Origin: a virus
Taxonomy: Duplodnaviria > Caudoviricetes
DNA: 61,922 bases
Virus record (IMG/VR): IMGVR_UViG_3300009678_000065
Location: 1-61,922 of that record
Reading direction: 5' to 3' (one strand)
Shown: positions 1 to 7,457 of the stretch, in pieces
Layout of the letters: every line of letters starts with the position of its first letter
Numbering within the stretch: the first letter of the stretch is position 1
Position numbers and translations under genes: made by a program
Notes under the pieces: model-generated
Told to the model about the DNA's origin: nothing
The model's database searches: none
What the model saw: only the letters and a program-made list of their open reading frames with translations

Positions 1-14
1 GACTTCACGGCCGC
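1..14 (+). repeat. Terminal direct repeat GACTTCACGGCCGC (= 61909..61922); circular assembly overlap
   Basis: Identical 14-mer at both ends; helicase frame is continuous across it. Confidence 0.9.
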
Positions 15-648
15 GCCTGGTAACGCCACCGGCTGGGTACTCGACCTGCACACCAGCAAGCTGACCGAGGCCGCTGGCCCCGGCGACTTCATTCTCAGCC
101 GGGTCAACGCCCCGCTCGTCTCGATCGCGATGCAGCTGCTGCGCGCGGGCAAACGCACCCGCATCGCTGGCAAGGACATCGGCAAAGACCTTCTCGGGTT
201 GATCGGCCGGTTGAGCCGCACTGCCCGAAGTGTGCCGGAGTTCCTGGCCCGCCTGGAGGGTTGGACCGACCGCGAGGTGGCCCGCGCCATGAAGCTCAAG
301 AACCCCGACGCCCGGCTCGATGCCATCCACGACCAGGCAGAGATGCTGAGAGCGGTCGCGGACGGGGCCAGGAACGTTGGCGAGATTGAAGACCGCATCG
401 AGGCCCTCTTCACCAACGACGGCCTGGGAGACGCGGGCGTGATCACCTGCAGCAGCGTACACAAGGCCAAGGGCCTGGAGGCCAGCCGGGTGTTCGTGCT
501 GGCCGATACGCTTCGCAACGAGAACGACGAAGAGATGAACATCCAGTACGTCGCCTTCACCCGCGCCAAGGATACCCTGGTGATGGTGAGCGACTTCGCT
601 TTCGAGCGACCACTAGAGGCGGCAGCGGGAACGAAAGCTGCAGCCTAG
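1..648 (+). CDS. UvrD/Rep-like helicase, C-terminal part
   Basis: Frame 1 is open from base 1 (DFTAAPG..ILSRVNAPL); SF1 motifs V/VI SSVHKAKGLE and YVAFTRAK. Confidence 0.93.
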   Translation, partial: DFTAAPGNATGWVLDLHTSKLTEAAGPGDFILSRVNAPLVSIAMQLLRAGKRTRIAGKDIGKDLLGLIGRLSRTARSVPEFLARLEGWTDREVARAMKLKNPDARLDAIHDQAEMLRAVADGARNVGEIEDRIEALFTNDGLGDAGVITCSSVHKAKGLEASRVFVLADTLRNENDEEMNIQYVAFTRAKDTLVMVSDFAFERPLEAAAGTKAAA

Positions 649-659
649 AGGTGACAGTA

Positions 660-776
660 GCAACGGATCTGCCGGGCACCGAGTCTGGCAGATCTCTTGC
701 AACCAGGAATTGCCGAGGCCGACTGGCCTGGCAACAAACCCCGAAAGGGTCACGCGGCATACCGCCAGCGTGTGAG
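660..776 (+). ncRNA. Structured intergenic RNA / 5' leader with four tandem hairpins
   Basis: GATCTGCC..GGCAGATC, TTGCCGAGGCC..GGCCTGGCAA, ACCC-CGAAA-GGGT and CACGC..GCGTG stems, ending just before the RBS of 792. Confidence 0.4.
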
Positions 777-791
777 TAGGAGAGACACAAT

Positions 792-1037
792 ATGGACGTT
801 TCCAAGGTCACGGCGGCACTCACCGAGGCGCAGAACCAGCTCAACGCGGTCATCGACGAGGAGTTCAAGGCCCGTCGCATCAAGGGCCTGCGCCCGCTCA
901 CGTTGGCGCAGAACGCGATCACCCTGGCCGAGAAGCACGTCGCCACGGCTACGGAGCGCACCGCGCCGAAGGCGGAAGTCGCGGCCCCGGCCGCTGGCGA
1001 GAAGCCCGCTGCGGCCAAGAAGGCGGCAGGCAAGTAA
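792..1037 (+). CDS. Small helical protein with Ala/Lys/Pro-rich (histone-like) tail
   Basis: AGGAG RBS; strong GC3 bias; C-terminus EKPAAAKKAAGK. Confidence 0.75.
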   Translation: MDVSKVTAALTEAQNQLNAVIDEEFKARRIKGLRPLTLAQNAITLAEKHVATATERTAPKAEVAAPAAGEKPAAAKKAAGK

Positions 1038-1045
1038 CGGTTGGG

Positions 1046-1176
1046 CAGAGGAGCAGGGACCTTCGGTCCCTCTCCTCTGACTAGACGGCCGGGGATAGGT
1101 TTCCGGGGTAAAGCGCCCCTCGGTTATGAATCCAGACCGCGTGATGTGTGTACACCTGATCGCGGCCCCGGTCGTC
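1046..1176 (+). ncRNA. Long hairpin plus multibranch structured RNA candidate
   Basis: 1046-1079 CAGAGGAG-C-AGGGAC/GTCCCT-CTCCTCTG; 1084-1094 GACGGCCGGGG pairs with 1166-1176 CCCCGGTCGTC and encloses two inner stems. Confidence 0.45.
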
Positions 1177-1194
1177 CAGTGAGAGGAGTGTCTG

Positions 1195-1368
1195 ATGCTG
1201 AGTATGATTTTGAAAGTTCCACTGGCCGTCATCTACGCTATCGCCATCTTGACCATGATCGTGTGTTCGGTCCCCTTCATCGTGGCGGGGTTCGCCACGG
1301 GCTTTATCAAGTGGGCCTGGCAGATTGGCAACCGCCTGTCTGACCGCGCCTTCTTGCACTTCACGTAA
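1195..1368 (+). CDS. 57-aa membrane protein (below ORF-track cutoff)
   Basis: GAGGAG RBS; MLSMILKVPLAVIYAIAILTMIVCSVPFIVAGFATGFIKWAW hydrophobic segment. Confidence 0.65.
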   Translation: MLSMILKVPLAVIYAIAILTMIVCSVPFIVAGFATGFIKWAWQIGNRLSDRAFLHFT

Positions 1369-1384
1369 ACGGAGGACTCCACGG

Positions 1385-2275
1385 ATGCCGCTCATCAAGT
1401 ATCGGGACGTCAAGTTCCACCGGAGCACCTTGCTCCAGATCCAGATGGCCAACGCCATCATCGACGAGTACCAGCAGCAGGGTTTCGACCTCACGCTGCG
1501 CCAGTTGTACTACCAGTTCGTTTCCCGCGATATCATTCCCAACACGCTTCGCGCGTACAAGCAGCTGGGTGCCGTCGTTAACGATGCCCGCCTGGCGGGG
1601 TTGATCGACTGGAACGCGATCGTGGACCGCACCCGGTTCCTGCGCGCGTTGCCGCACTGGAGTTCCCCGGCCGACATCGTCCGCGCCGGAGCGCAGCAGT
1701 TCCGCATCGACCGTTGGGCCAACCAGCGCTACCGGCCGGAAGTCTGGATCGAGAAGGACGCCCTGGTCGGCGTGATCTCCCAGGTGTGCAACGCGCTGAG
1801 CGTGCCGTACTTCTCCTGCCGGGGTTACACCAGCCAGTCGGAGATGTGGGCAGCGGCCCAACGGCTCGAATCGTACGGCGACCACACGCCCGTGATCTTC
1901 CACTTCGGGGACCACGATCCGTCGGGCCTCGACATGACGCGCGACATCACCGACCGCCTGGAGATGTTCATGGGTGGGTTGCGCGTGGAACGCCTGGCGT
2001 TGAACTACGATCAGGTGCTCCAGTACAAACCGCCGCCGAACCCGGCCAAGACGACGGACGCACGCGCGAAGGCGTACATCAAGGAGTTCGGTCACGAGTC
2101 CTGGGAGTTGGACGCCCTCAGCCCCACCGCCCTGGCTGCGTTGATCCGGGGTGAGATTGAAGCGCTACAGGATCAGAAGATCTGGAAGGCCGACGAGCGC
2201 ACCGAGAAGAACGGTCGCGAGGAGTTGTCGTCGGTCGCCGGGGACTGGCGCAAGGCCGTAGACGCGGTCGCCTAA
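1385..2275 (+). CDS. Topoisomerase VI-A/Spo11-like WHD-TOPRIM protein (mini-A-like)
   Basis: LTLRQLYYQ (candidate catalytic Tyr), EVWIEKDAL, RGYTS, GDHDPSG (DxD), WELDAL; GGAGG RBS before ATG 1385. Confidence 0.8.
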   Translation: MPLIKYRDVKFHRSTLLQIQMANAIIDEYQQQGFDLTLRQLYYQFVSRDIIPNTLRAYKQLGAVVNDARLAGLIDWNAIVDRTRFLRALPHWSSPADIVRAGAQQFRIDRWANQRYRPEVWIEKDALVGVISQVCNALSVPYFSCRGYTSQSEMWAAAQRLESYGDHTPVIFHFGDHDPSGLDMTRDITDRLEMFMGGLRVERLALNYDQVLQYKPPPNPAKTTDARAKAYIKEFGHESWELDALSPTALAALIRGEIEALQDQKIWKADERTEKNGREELSSVAGDWRKAVDAVA

Positions 2276-2280
2276 AGCTG

Positions 2281-2311
2281 AAAGGGAGGTGGTCATGGCC
2301 ACCTCCCTTTT
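2281..2311. terminator. Bidirectional intrinsic terminator between convergent units
   Basis: AAAGGGAGGTGG-TCATGG-CCACCTCCCTTTT inverted repeat with A/T flanks. Confidence 0.8.
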
Positions 2312-2347
2312 GGGACTCAATCCCATTTTCAACACGGGCATGGACGG

Positions 2348-2584
2348 TTACTTCCTCAGTAACGCGTCCCGCTCCTCGATCGCCTGGCGCAGGTACTGAG
2401 CCAAGTCCAGGGCCTCCTCGTACGCATCCCGAAGGGCATCGCGGCCGTTGAACGGCTGCAGCAACGTGCCGTACCGCTTGAGGCCGACGGCCTTGCGGCC
2501 CTCCATGTCCTGGATGACCAGGTCTTGGATGCAAGGACCGTCGTTCACGATCGGAGCCGGTTGCTCCTCTGGAACGGACGTCAC
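2348..2584 (-). CDS. Small MazG/dNTP-pyrophosphohydrolase-like protein
   Basis: GRKAVGLKRYGT..DALRDAYEEALDLAQYL; GTG overlaps the upstream stop (GTGA). Confidence 0.55.
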   Translation of the reverse strand: MTSVPEEQPAPIVNDGPCIQDLVIQDMEGRKAVGLKRYGTLLQPFNGRDALRDAYEEALDLAQYLRQAIEERDALLRK

Positions 2585-2907
2585 TTGCGGCCCGCCTCGA
2601 CGTGAGCGTAGACCAACGCGTACCCGTGGAGATCCACCAGGTTGTCGCGTTTGGGTTTGCGCGCCTGCCGCGCCAGCTTCATGCCCGCCAGCAGCAGAAC
2701 CACGTCCTCGGCCGTCAGCGGGGCCGTCAGTTTGTGCGCCAGGAGGCCGCTCCACACCTGGGCCTGGGCTTCGTACGCGGGCAACGGCGAGCCGTACGCC
2801 GCCATCCGATCGCCGTTGACCAGGGCGTTGGCCTCGGCCATGTGATCCTCGCCGGGCTTGCCGGTACCCGTTTCCAACCGCTGTTCTCGTTCGTTATCGG
2901 TTGCCAT
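2581..2907 (-). CDS. DUF6378-like phage protein
   Basis: ALVNGDRMAAYGSP..KLARQ..KRDNLVDLHGYA. Confidence 0.7.
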   Translation of the reverse strand: MATDNEREQRLETGTGKPGEDHMAEANALVNGDRMAAYGSPLPAYEAQAQVWSGLLAHKLTAPLTAEDVVLLLAGMKLARQARKPKRDNLVDLHGYALVYAHVEAGRK

Positions 2908-2918
2908 TTCAACTCTCC

Positions 2919-3248
2919 TTAGCATCGCGTTTTCGTTTTAGCTTCACTGATCTTTCGTCTGGTCTCCTCACTCACTGGATGCCCGGTGAGTGCCGTAGAG
3001 ATTCTTCTCTTATGGTCGTCGGTACAAACGTACGCGGGACCGCGCTTGGTGTACTTCATTCCTTTTGTGAACTGGTGGCCCTTGAGATCATCGCGTGTTT
3101 TGTCCTCGTGGCAGTTGGCGCAGATATACTGGATGTTGAATTCGTCATCTGAACCACCTTTCCATCTTGGAATGATGTGATCTCGATGCAGAGAGAAGCG
3201 CCACGTTCCGCACTTCGAGCAGTGTCCGGTGTGGCGCTTCTTTCTCAT
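2919..3248 (-). CDS. HNH endonuclease with NUMOD3-like tail
   Basis: CSKC..DHIIP..GG..N.Q.ICANCH; SEETRRKISEA; lower GC. Confidence 0.85.
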   Translation of the reverse strand: MRKKRHTGHCSKCGTWRFSLHRDHIIPRWKGGSDDEFNIQYICANCHEDKTRDDLKGHQFTKGMKYTKRGPAYVCTDDHKRRISTALTGHPVSEETRRKISEAKTKTRC

Positions 3249-4525
3249 TACTTAACTAGAATGGGCCACGTGCAGGTCCGACCGCGCTTCTTGTCAATCA
3301 GGAACAGTGCCTGCTTGGGTGGCTCGAAGTCGGCCTTGATCGACAGCGCAAAAGCGTTGTAGCCGATGAGCGACCCGTTGCAGATGAAGTTGCCGCCATC
3401 ACGCATTTGATGAAAATGACCAAAAACGTCGAGGTCTGCGTGACGGCCCTTGTTCCACTGCGCGATGGCCTTGTTGACCGGGATGTAGATGCCGCCCACG
3501 CCACCACCGTACTTGACCGAATGGCCGTGGTGGAAGCGGATCGTCTGATCGTAGATCTGCACGTAGCTGTGCATCCCTTCGGGGATGATGAACTTCACGC
3601 GAGGCTCCTCGCGGAAGTACGCGGCCAGGTGGACGTACATCAGGTACTCCAGGCTGTGGCCGTTCTCCGACGCGAACCGGGTCTTCTGCGTGGTGCGCGC
3701 GTGGTTCCCCGAATGGCAGGGGATGACCAGGTCGTAGTTTGACTCGGCCAACAGGAACTCGATGCCCGAGACGATCATGTTCTGCGCTTCGATCAGCGCG
3801 GCGATCGGCTGGACTTCGTTCATGTCGGTGTCGTGGATGTCGTTGGTGATGAAATCGCCCAGCAGCGCCAGGACGATCGTGGGGATCTTGATGTCCTGCG
3901 CCAGGAGGTTCGTGAGCCGCAGGCCCTTTTGGAAGAACCGCGTCGAACGGTAGCGGGCGATCTCCAGGTTGAACGTGTTCAACCCGCTGACCTCCGGGCC
4001 AACGTTCTCTTCGACGTGCCAGTCGCTGGCGCACATCACGGCCGTGGCTTCCGACGTGCCGCTCTTGGTGCTCGGCTCGATCAGGAAGGTCTGCAGGCCG
4101 TCACTGATCTCCGTCACAGCGCTGAGTTCCTTGGCCTGTCGTTCGATGGTGTCCACCGCTTCGTCGTAGCGCTGCTTCAAGTACGAGATCTCGTTCTGGA
4201 CGCGCCGACGTTCGCGGTCCTCCGACACCGTCGTACTGTGCCGTTGCTTCTGCATGCACTCCGCGCACAGACCGCTCTTGCTGTCGCGGGCAATGACGGC
4301 GGGGCAATGCAAACAGATGCGGTCGGGCAGACGCTTGCTCTCCCGCAGACACTTCGTGCAGAGGCCCGTCTGGTTCTTCTGCGAGATGTTCTCCGGGCAC
4401 TTGGCGCATCGACGCTGCACCGGCTTGCGACTCTCCACCAGGCACTTCTGACACAGGCCCGTGGAACTGTCGCGGCCAATCATCGTCGGACACTTGACGC
4501 ACTTACGATCTTTTCTGCTAGACAT
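3248..4525 (-). CDS. Calcineurin-like metallophosphoesterase with three N-terminal Cys4 zinc-finger repeats
   Basis: SDWH, LGDF, SGNH, HHGH, GHFH motifs; 3x CxxC-x12-CxxC repeats. Confidence 0.8.
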   Translation of the reverse strand: MSSRKDRKCVKCPTMIGRDSSTGLCQKCLVESRKPVQRRCAKCPENISQKNQTGLCTKCLRESKRLPDRICLHCPAVIARDSKSGLCAECMQKQRHSTTVSEDRERRRVQNEISYLKQRYDEAVDTIERQAKELSAVTEISDGLQTFLIEPSTKSGTSEATAVMCASDWHVEENVGPEVSGLNTFNLEIARYRSTRFFQKGLRLTNLLAQDIKIPTIVLALLGDFITNDIHDTDMNEVQPIAALIEAQNMIVSGIEFLLAESNYDLVIPCHSGNHARTTQKTRFASENGHSLEYLMYVHLAAYFREEPRVKFIIPEGMHSYVQIYDQTIRFHHGHSVKYGGGVGGIYIPVNKAIAQWNKGRHADLDVFGHFHQMRDGGNFICNGSLIGYNAFALSIKADFEPPKQALFLIDKKRGRTCTWPILVK

Positions 4526-4536
4526 GTGGTTTCCCT

Positions 4537-5034
4537 TTAAAGCGTGTAGTCCACGCCGGTCAACATCATCTGAGCCAGGCGATCTGCCCGACCGAACTTC
4601 TTACCTTCGCCGTCGTCTACCTGGTTGGCCCACTTCGAGCGGAACATGCAGCGCACCGCCTTGGACCAGTTGCGGATCTTGATGGCCGCGATCGTGTCCT
4701 TGAACGACAGCGCCCTGAACCCCAGGTTGAAAGCCATGTCGAGCACCACGCGCTGGCGAACCTCGTCGAGCTTCTTGTACTCGGGGAAATGAACAATGAC
4801 CGCTTTCTCAAAGCGATCGATGTCTGAGTCCAGTACCTTCATGGCGTCAGCCTTGGTGAAGGTGCTGTTCTCGTTAACGGTGCGACCGAGGATGCGAGAC
4901 AGCTCAGGCCATCCGCGCGCGTCAATGTTGAACCCCACCAAGATCGTGAGGTAGCCCTCGGTGCATCGGTACGGCTTGTACCGAATGCCCTCGTGCATGA
5001 TCAACTGCTCGGCCATGCGAACTTTATTCACCAT
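4537..5034 (-). CDS. Endolysin, T4-lysozyme-like (GH24)
   Basis: HEGIRYKPYRCTEGYLT (E-x8-C-x5-T triad), VLDMAFNLG, SKWANQV. Confidence 0.88.
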   Translation of the reverse strand: MVNKVRMAEQLIMHEGIRYKPYRCTEGYLTILVGFNIDARGWPELSRILGRTVNENSTFTKADAMKVLDSDIDRFEKAVIVHFPEYKKLDEVRQRVVLDMAFNLGFRALSFKDTIAAIKIRNWSKAVRCMFRSKWANQVDDGEGKKFGRADRLAQMMLTGVDYTL

Positions 5035-5644
5035 GAATGGTCCCTTCCAGAATGCCCTTCATCATTGGTTGGTGGCGAGGTTCCCGAAGAACCTCGCCGT
5101 GGTCCGCGCCGGGCACCTGAAGGTTTTCGGCCAATGGGTGCTTGCGCTCGATGCCCACGTGGCCGTCGAACAAACCACCCAGCCACTGCCAACGGTCCCT
5201 GCGTCCGCCGTACGTGTGAACCCAGCGCTTGATGTTGGGCTTGGCCAGGAGAGCGGTCGGCATCATGTCTGCGCGCACCGGCCCGCTGATGTCGATCAGC
5301 AATGCGATCTTCAGACCGCGCGCGGCTGCATAGAGCACCACCTGCAGGCCGTGTGAGTGTGAGATCACCACCAGGTCTTCAGGTGCGATCAGCTTGTCCG
5401 GGCAGCGCGGTGGCACCGCGTAGTGGTACAGGTTCTCACCGGCCGCTCGGTAAACCACCAGATCGTCGTCGCCAAAGCCAATGCCGCCCAAGCGCGAGGA
5501 CCAGACGAAGGGTTCGTCGGGACACACCAGCTCATGGCCTGGCACCGTGGGAATAAAATCGTGGAACGGTGCGCCAGGGGAATACCAGTCCTTGCGGAAA
5601 CCATCCCACCCGTGCGTGCCTGGAATCAAAATGACTTGCTTCAT
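5024..5644 (-). CDS. Alpha/beta hydrolase (lipase/esterase-like)
   Basis: VILIPG N-terminus, nucleophile elbow VISHSHG, C-terminal His (GADHG). Confidence 0.7.
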   Translation of the reverse strand: MKQVILIPGTHGWDGFRKDWYSPGAPFHDFIPTVPGHELVCPDEPFVWSSRLGGIGFGDDDLVVYRAAGENLYHYAVPPRCPDKLIAPEDLVVISHSHGLQVVLYAAARGLKIALLIDISGPVRADMMPTALLAKPNIKRWVHTYGGRRDRWQWLGGLFDGHVGIERKHPLAENLQVPGADHGEVLREPRHQPMMKGILEGTIHGE

Positions 5645-6192
5645 TTTTCCTCGGACGCGGTGGACTGAGAGATCTTCAGGACGCGACAGGGAGCCAATGA
5701 GTTCAGTTTGAAGCGGATGACCTCAACACCGTATTCGGCCAGCTCGCGCTGCGCGCCATTCTTGAGTTTGGTTTTGATGGTGCCCTTACGTTGTTCAGCG
5801 AGCAGGGCATCCCACGTCAAAGACGGTAGCACATCGCTCAGGGTCGTTGAAGCAATTTCCGCCACAGCGGTGTCGGCATCGTGAGTCGTGGTCAGTAGCT
5901 TGAGTAGGTCGGTCACTGAGTAGGTGAGCGTGCCACTGGCAATAAAAGTTTTGTTGTCGAGAGACACCATCGTTTGGGTCTCGATCGACACGGTCTGTCG
6001 GACGACTGGGAATTTATCAAAGTTGGAATTCCACGGCCACCACCACCACGCTTTCCCTGGAGCGCAGAAGACAGGGTCTTTTCCATTGACCGTATGGACA
6101 GCGCCCTCCGTGGTGTCGAGCACGACTCGGCGCGGGATGAACTGTCCAACCCACTCCGCAATCTGTCCGATCCAAGCGAGGGCGCTGTCCAT
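5641..6192 (-). CDS. SPFH/Band-7 domain protein
   Basis: QTVSIETQTMVSLDNKT..YSVTD..YGVEV pattern. Confidence 0.75.
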   Translation of the reverse strand: MDSALAWIGQIAEWVGQFIPRRVVLDTTEGAVHTVNGKDPVFCAPGKAWWWWPWNSNFDKFPVVRQTVSIETQTMVSLDNKTFIASGTLTYSVTDLLKLLTTTHDADTAVAEIASTTLSDVLPSLTWDALLAEQRKGTIKTKLKNGAQRELAEYGVEVIRFKLNSLAPCRVLKISQSTASEEK

Positions 6193-6198
6193 GATTTG

Positions 6199-7116
6199 TT
6201 ACCTCTGCGGAGTCGGTGCCCACAGGTTCGTGGGTCGTCCGCCATCCGGGCCGGGCAGCGTGCCGCTCTGAAACCGCGCGCCCGGTGCGCCAGCGCCGCC
6301 GATCACGTCCAGGCCGCGCCAGAAGCGCGTTTCAAGGCCCTGGTTCAAATAGGTGATCATGTCCTCGCCGTACTTGTCGCCGGGCACGTCGGAGCCACAC
6401 GCCGTGGCGGTGCAGCCCTGCTCCCCTCGGCTCTTGGTGATCAACCCCCAGCCGTACGTACGATCGTCAGGCGCATCGTCACCGGCTCGTAGCGCGGCAG
6501 CAGCCTCGCGGACGTACAGGTGACAAGCGATGTCGCTGCCACCCTGGCAAGCGCTGTAGTTGGGTGACTTGTTGGCGACCGCTTGCAAGCAACCCTGGCT
6601 GATGATGCCAAAGGCACGATTCTTCGCCTTGGAACATTCACTCACCGGAGTCGTTGGCGTTGGCGGCATGACCACAACAGGAGGCGGTGGAGGTAGCGTC
6701 GAGACCAAGTTGAACACGTGATCGCCGGGCGGCACGTCTCGGGTTTGAGTCGCGTAGTCCTTGGCCGACACCCGAAGTACGGTGGAACCCTGGACCCCGA
6801 AGTTGGCGAAGCCGCTGCCGTCGCTATTGCGCGAGGTGTTGTCGCCCTGGTTCTCGACCAGCGCGCCGACGATCGGCTGCCCGGCGACGTCGAACACGCG
6901 CACGTTGAGGTTCTGGAAGGGCCGGGTGTCCTCGACCACGGGCGGTTCCACGGGCGCGGGTGGCGCGGGCGGTTCCACAACCACGGGCGGTTCCACGGGC
7001 GTGGCGGGCGGGGTGACGACAGGCGGTGGAGTCACGACGATATCAATCGGTGGCAACTTCAGACCACACGACGCCGCGAACACACCAACGAGTAGAGCTA
7101 CGACAATACGCTTCAT
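6199..7116 (-). CDS. Lipoprotein with Pro-rich linkers, carboxypeptidase-regulatory-like beta-sandwich and Cys-containing C-terminal domain
   Basis: MKRIVVALLVGVFAAS-C lipobox at an ATGA overlap; DVAGQPIVGALV..SDGSG..VSAKDY. Confidence 0.65.
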   Translation of the reverse strand: MKRIVVALLVGVFAASCGLKLPPIDIVVTPPPVVTPPATPVEPPVVVEPPAPPAPVEPPVVEDTRPFQNLNVRVFDVAGQPIVGALVENQGDNTSRNSDGSGFANFGVQGSTVLRVSAKDYATQTRDVPPGDHVFNLVSTLPPPPPVVVMPPTPTTPVSECSKAKNRAFGIISQGCLQAVANKSPNYSACQGGSDIACHLYVREAAAALRAGDDAPDDRTYGWGLITKSRGEQGCTATACGSDVPGDKYGEDMITYLNQGLETRFWRGLDVIGGAGAPGARFQSGTLPGPDGGRPTNLWAPTPQR

Positions 7117-7445
7117 TTGTGAATGCCTCCTGAAAGGTAACTGGTGATATACGAAAGGCCCGCAGCGATCATTCCACCGATGACGGTCGTGGTGACCCAA
7201 CGGATACTTCTTTGAGCACGAGTGACCGCACCTTCCACCTCGGTCAATCGTTTCTCCTGGTCGGCGGGTGGCGTCTGCTCAATAACCGTCACCCGCAATT
7301 CGTGATCCGCAATGGTCATCAAGAACGTATCGACCTTGCTCTCCAGACGGTTGCTGTCCTCCTTCATGTCCTTTTTGAGTGACGCGATGTCCTCGCTGAG
7401 TTCGTGCTTCATCTCAGTCAGGAACCGCTGCATGTCGAATTCCAT
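7113..7445 (-). CDS. Coiled-coil protein with C-terminal TM helix (holin/XhlA-like candidate)
   Basis: Heptad N-terminus then WVTTTVIGGMIAAGLSYI; first gene after the tail tip. Confidence 0.5.
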   Translation of the reverse strand: MEFDMQRFLTEMKHELSEDIASLKKDMKEDSNRLESKVDTFLMTIADHELRVTVIEQTPPADQEKRLTEVEGAVTRAQRSIRWVTTTVIGGMIAAGLSYITSYLSGGIHK

Positions 7446-7457
7446 TGCTCAGTTCCT

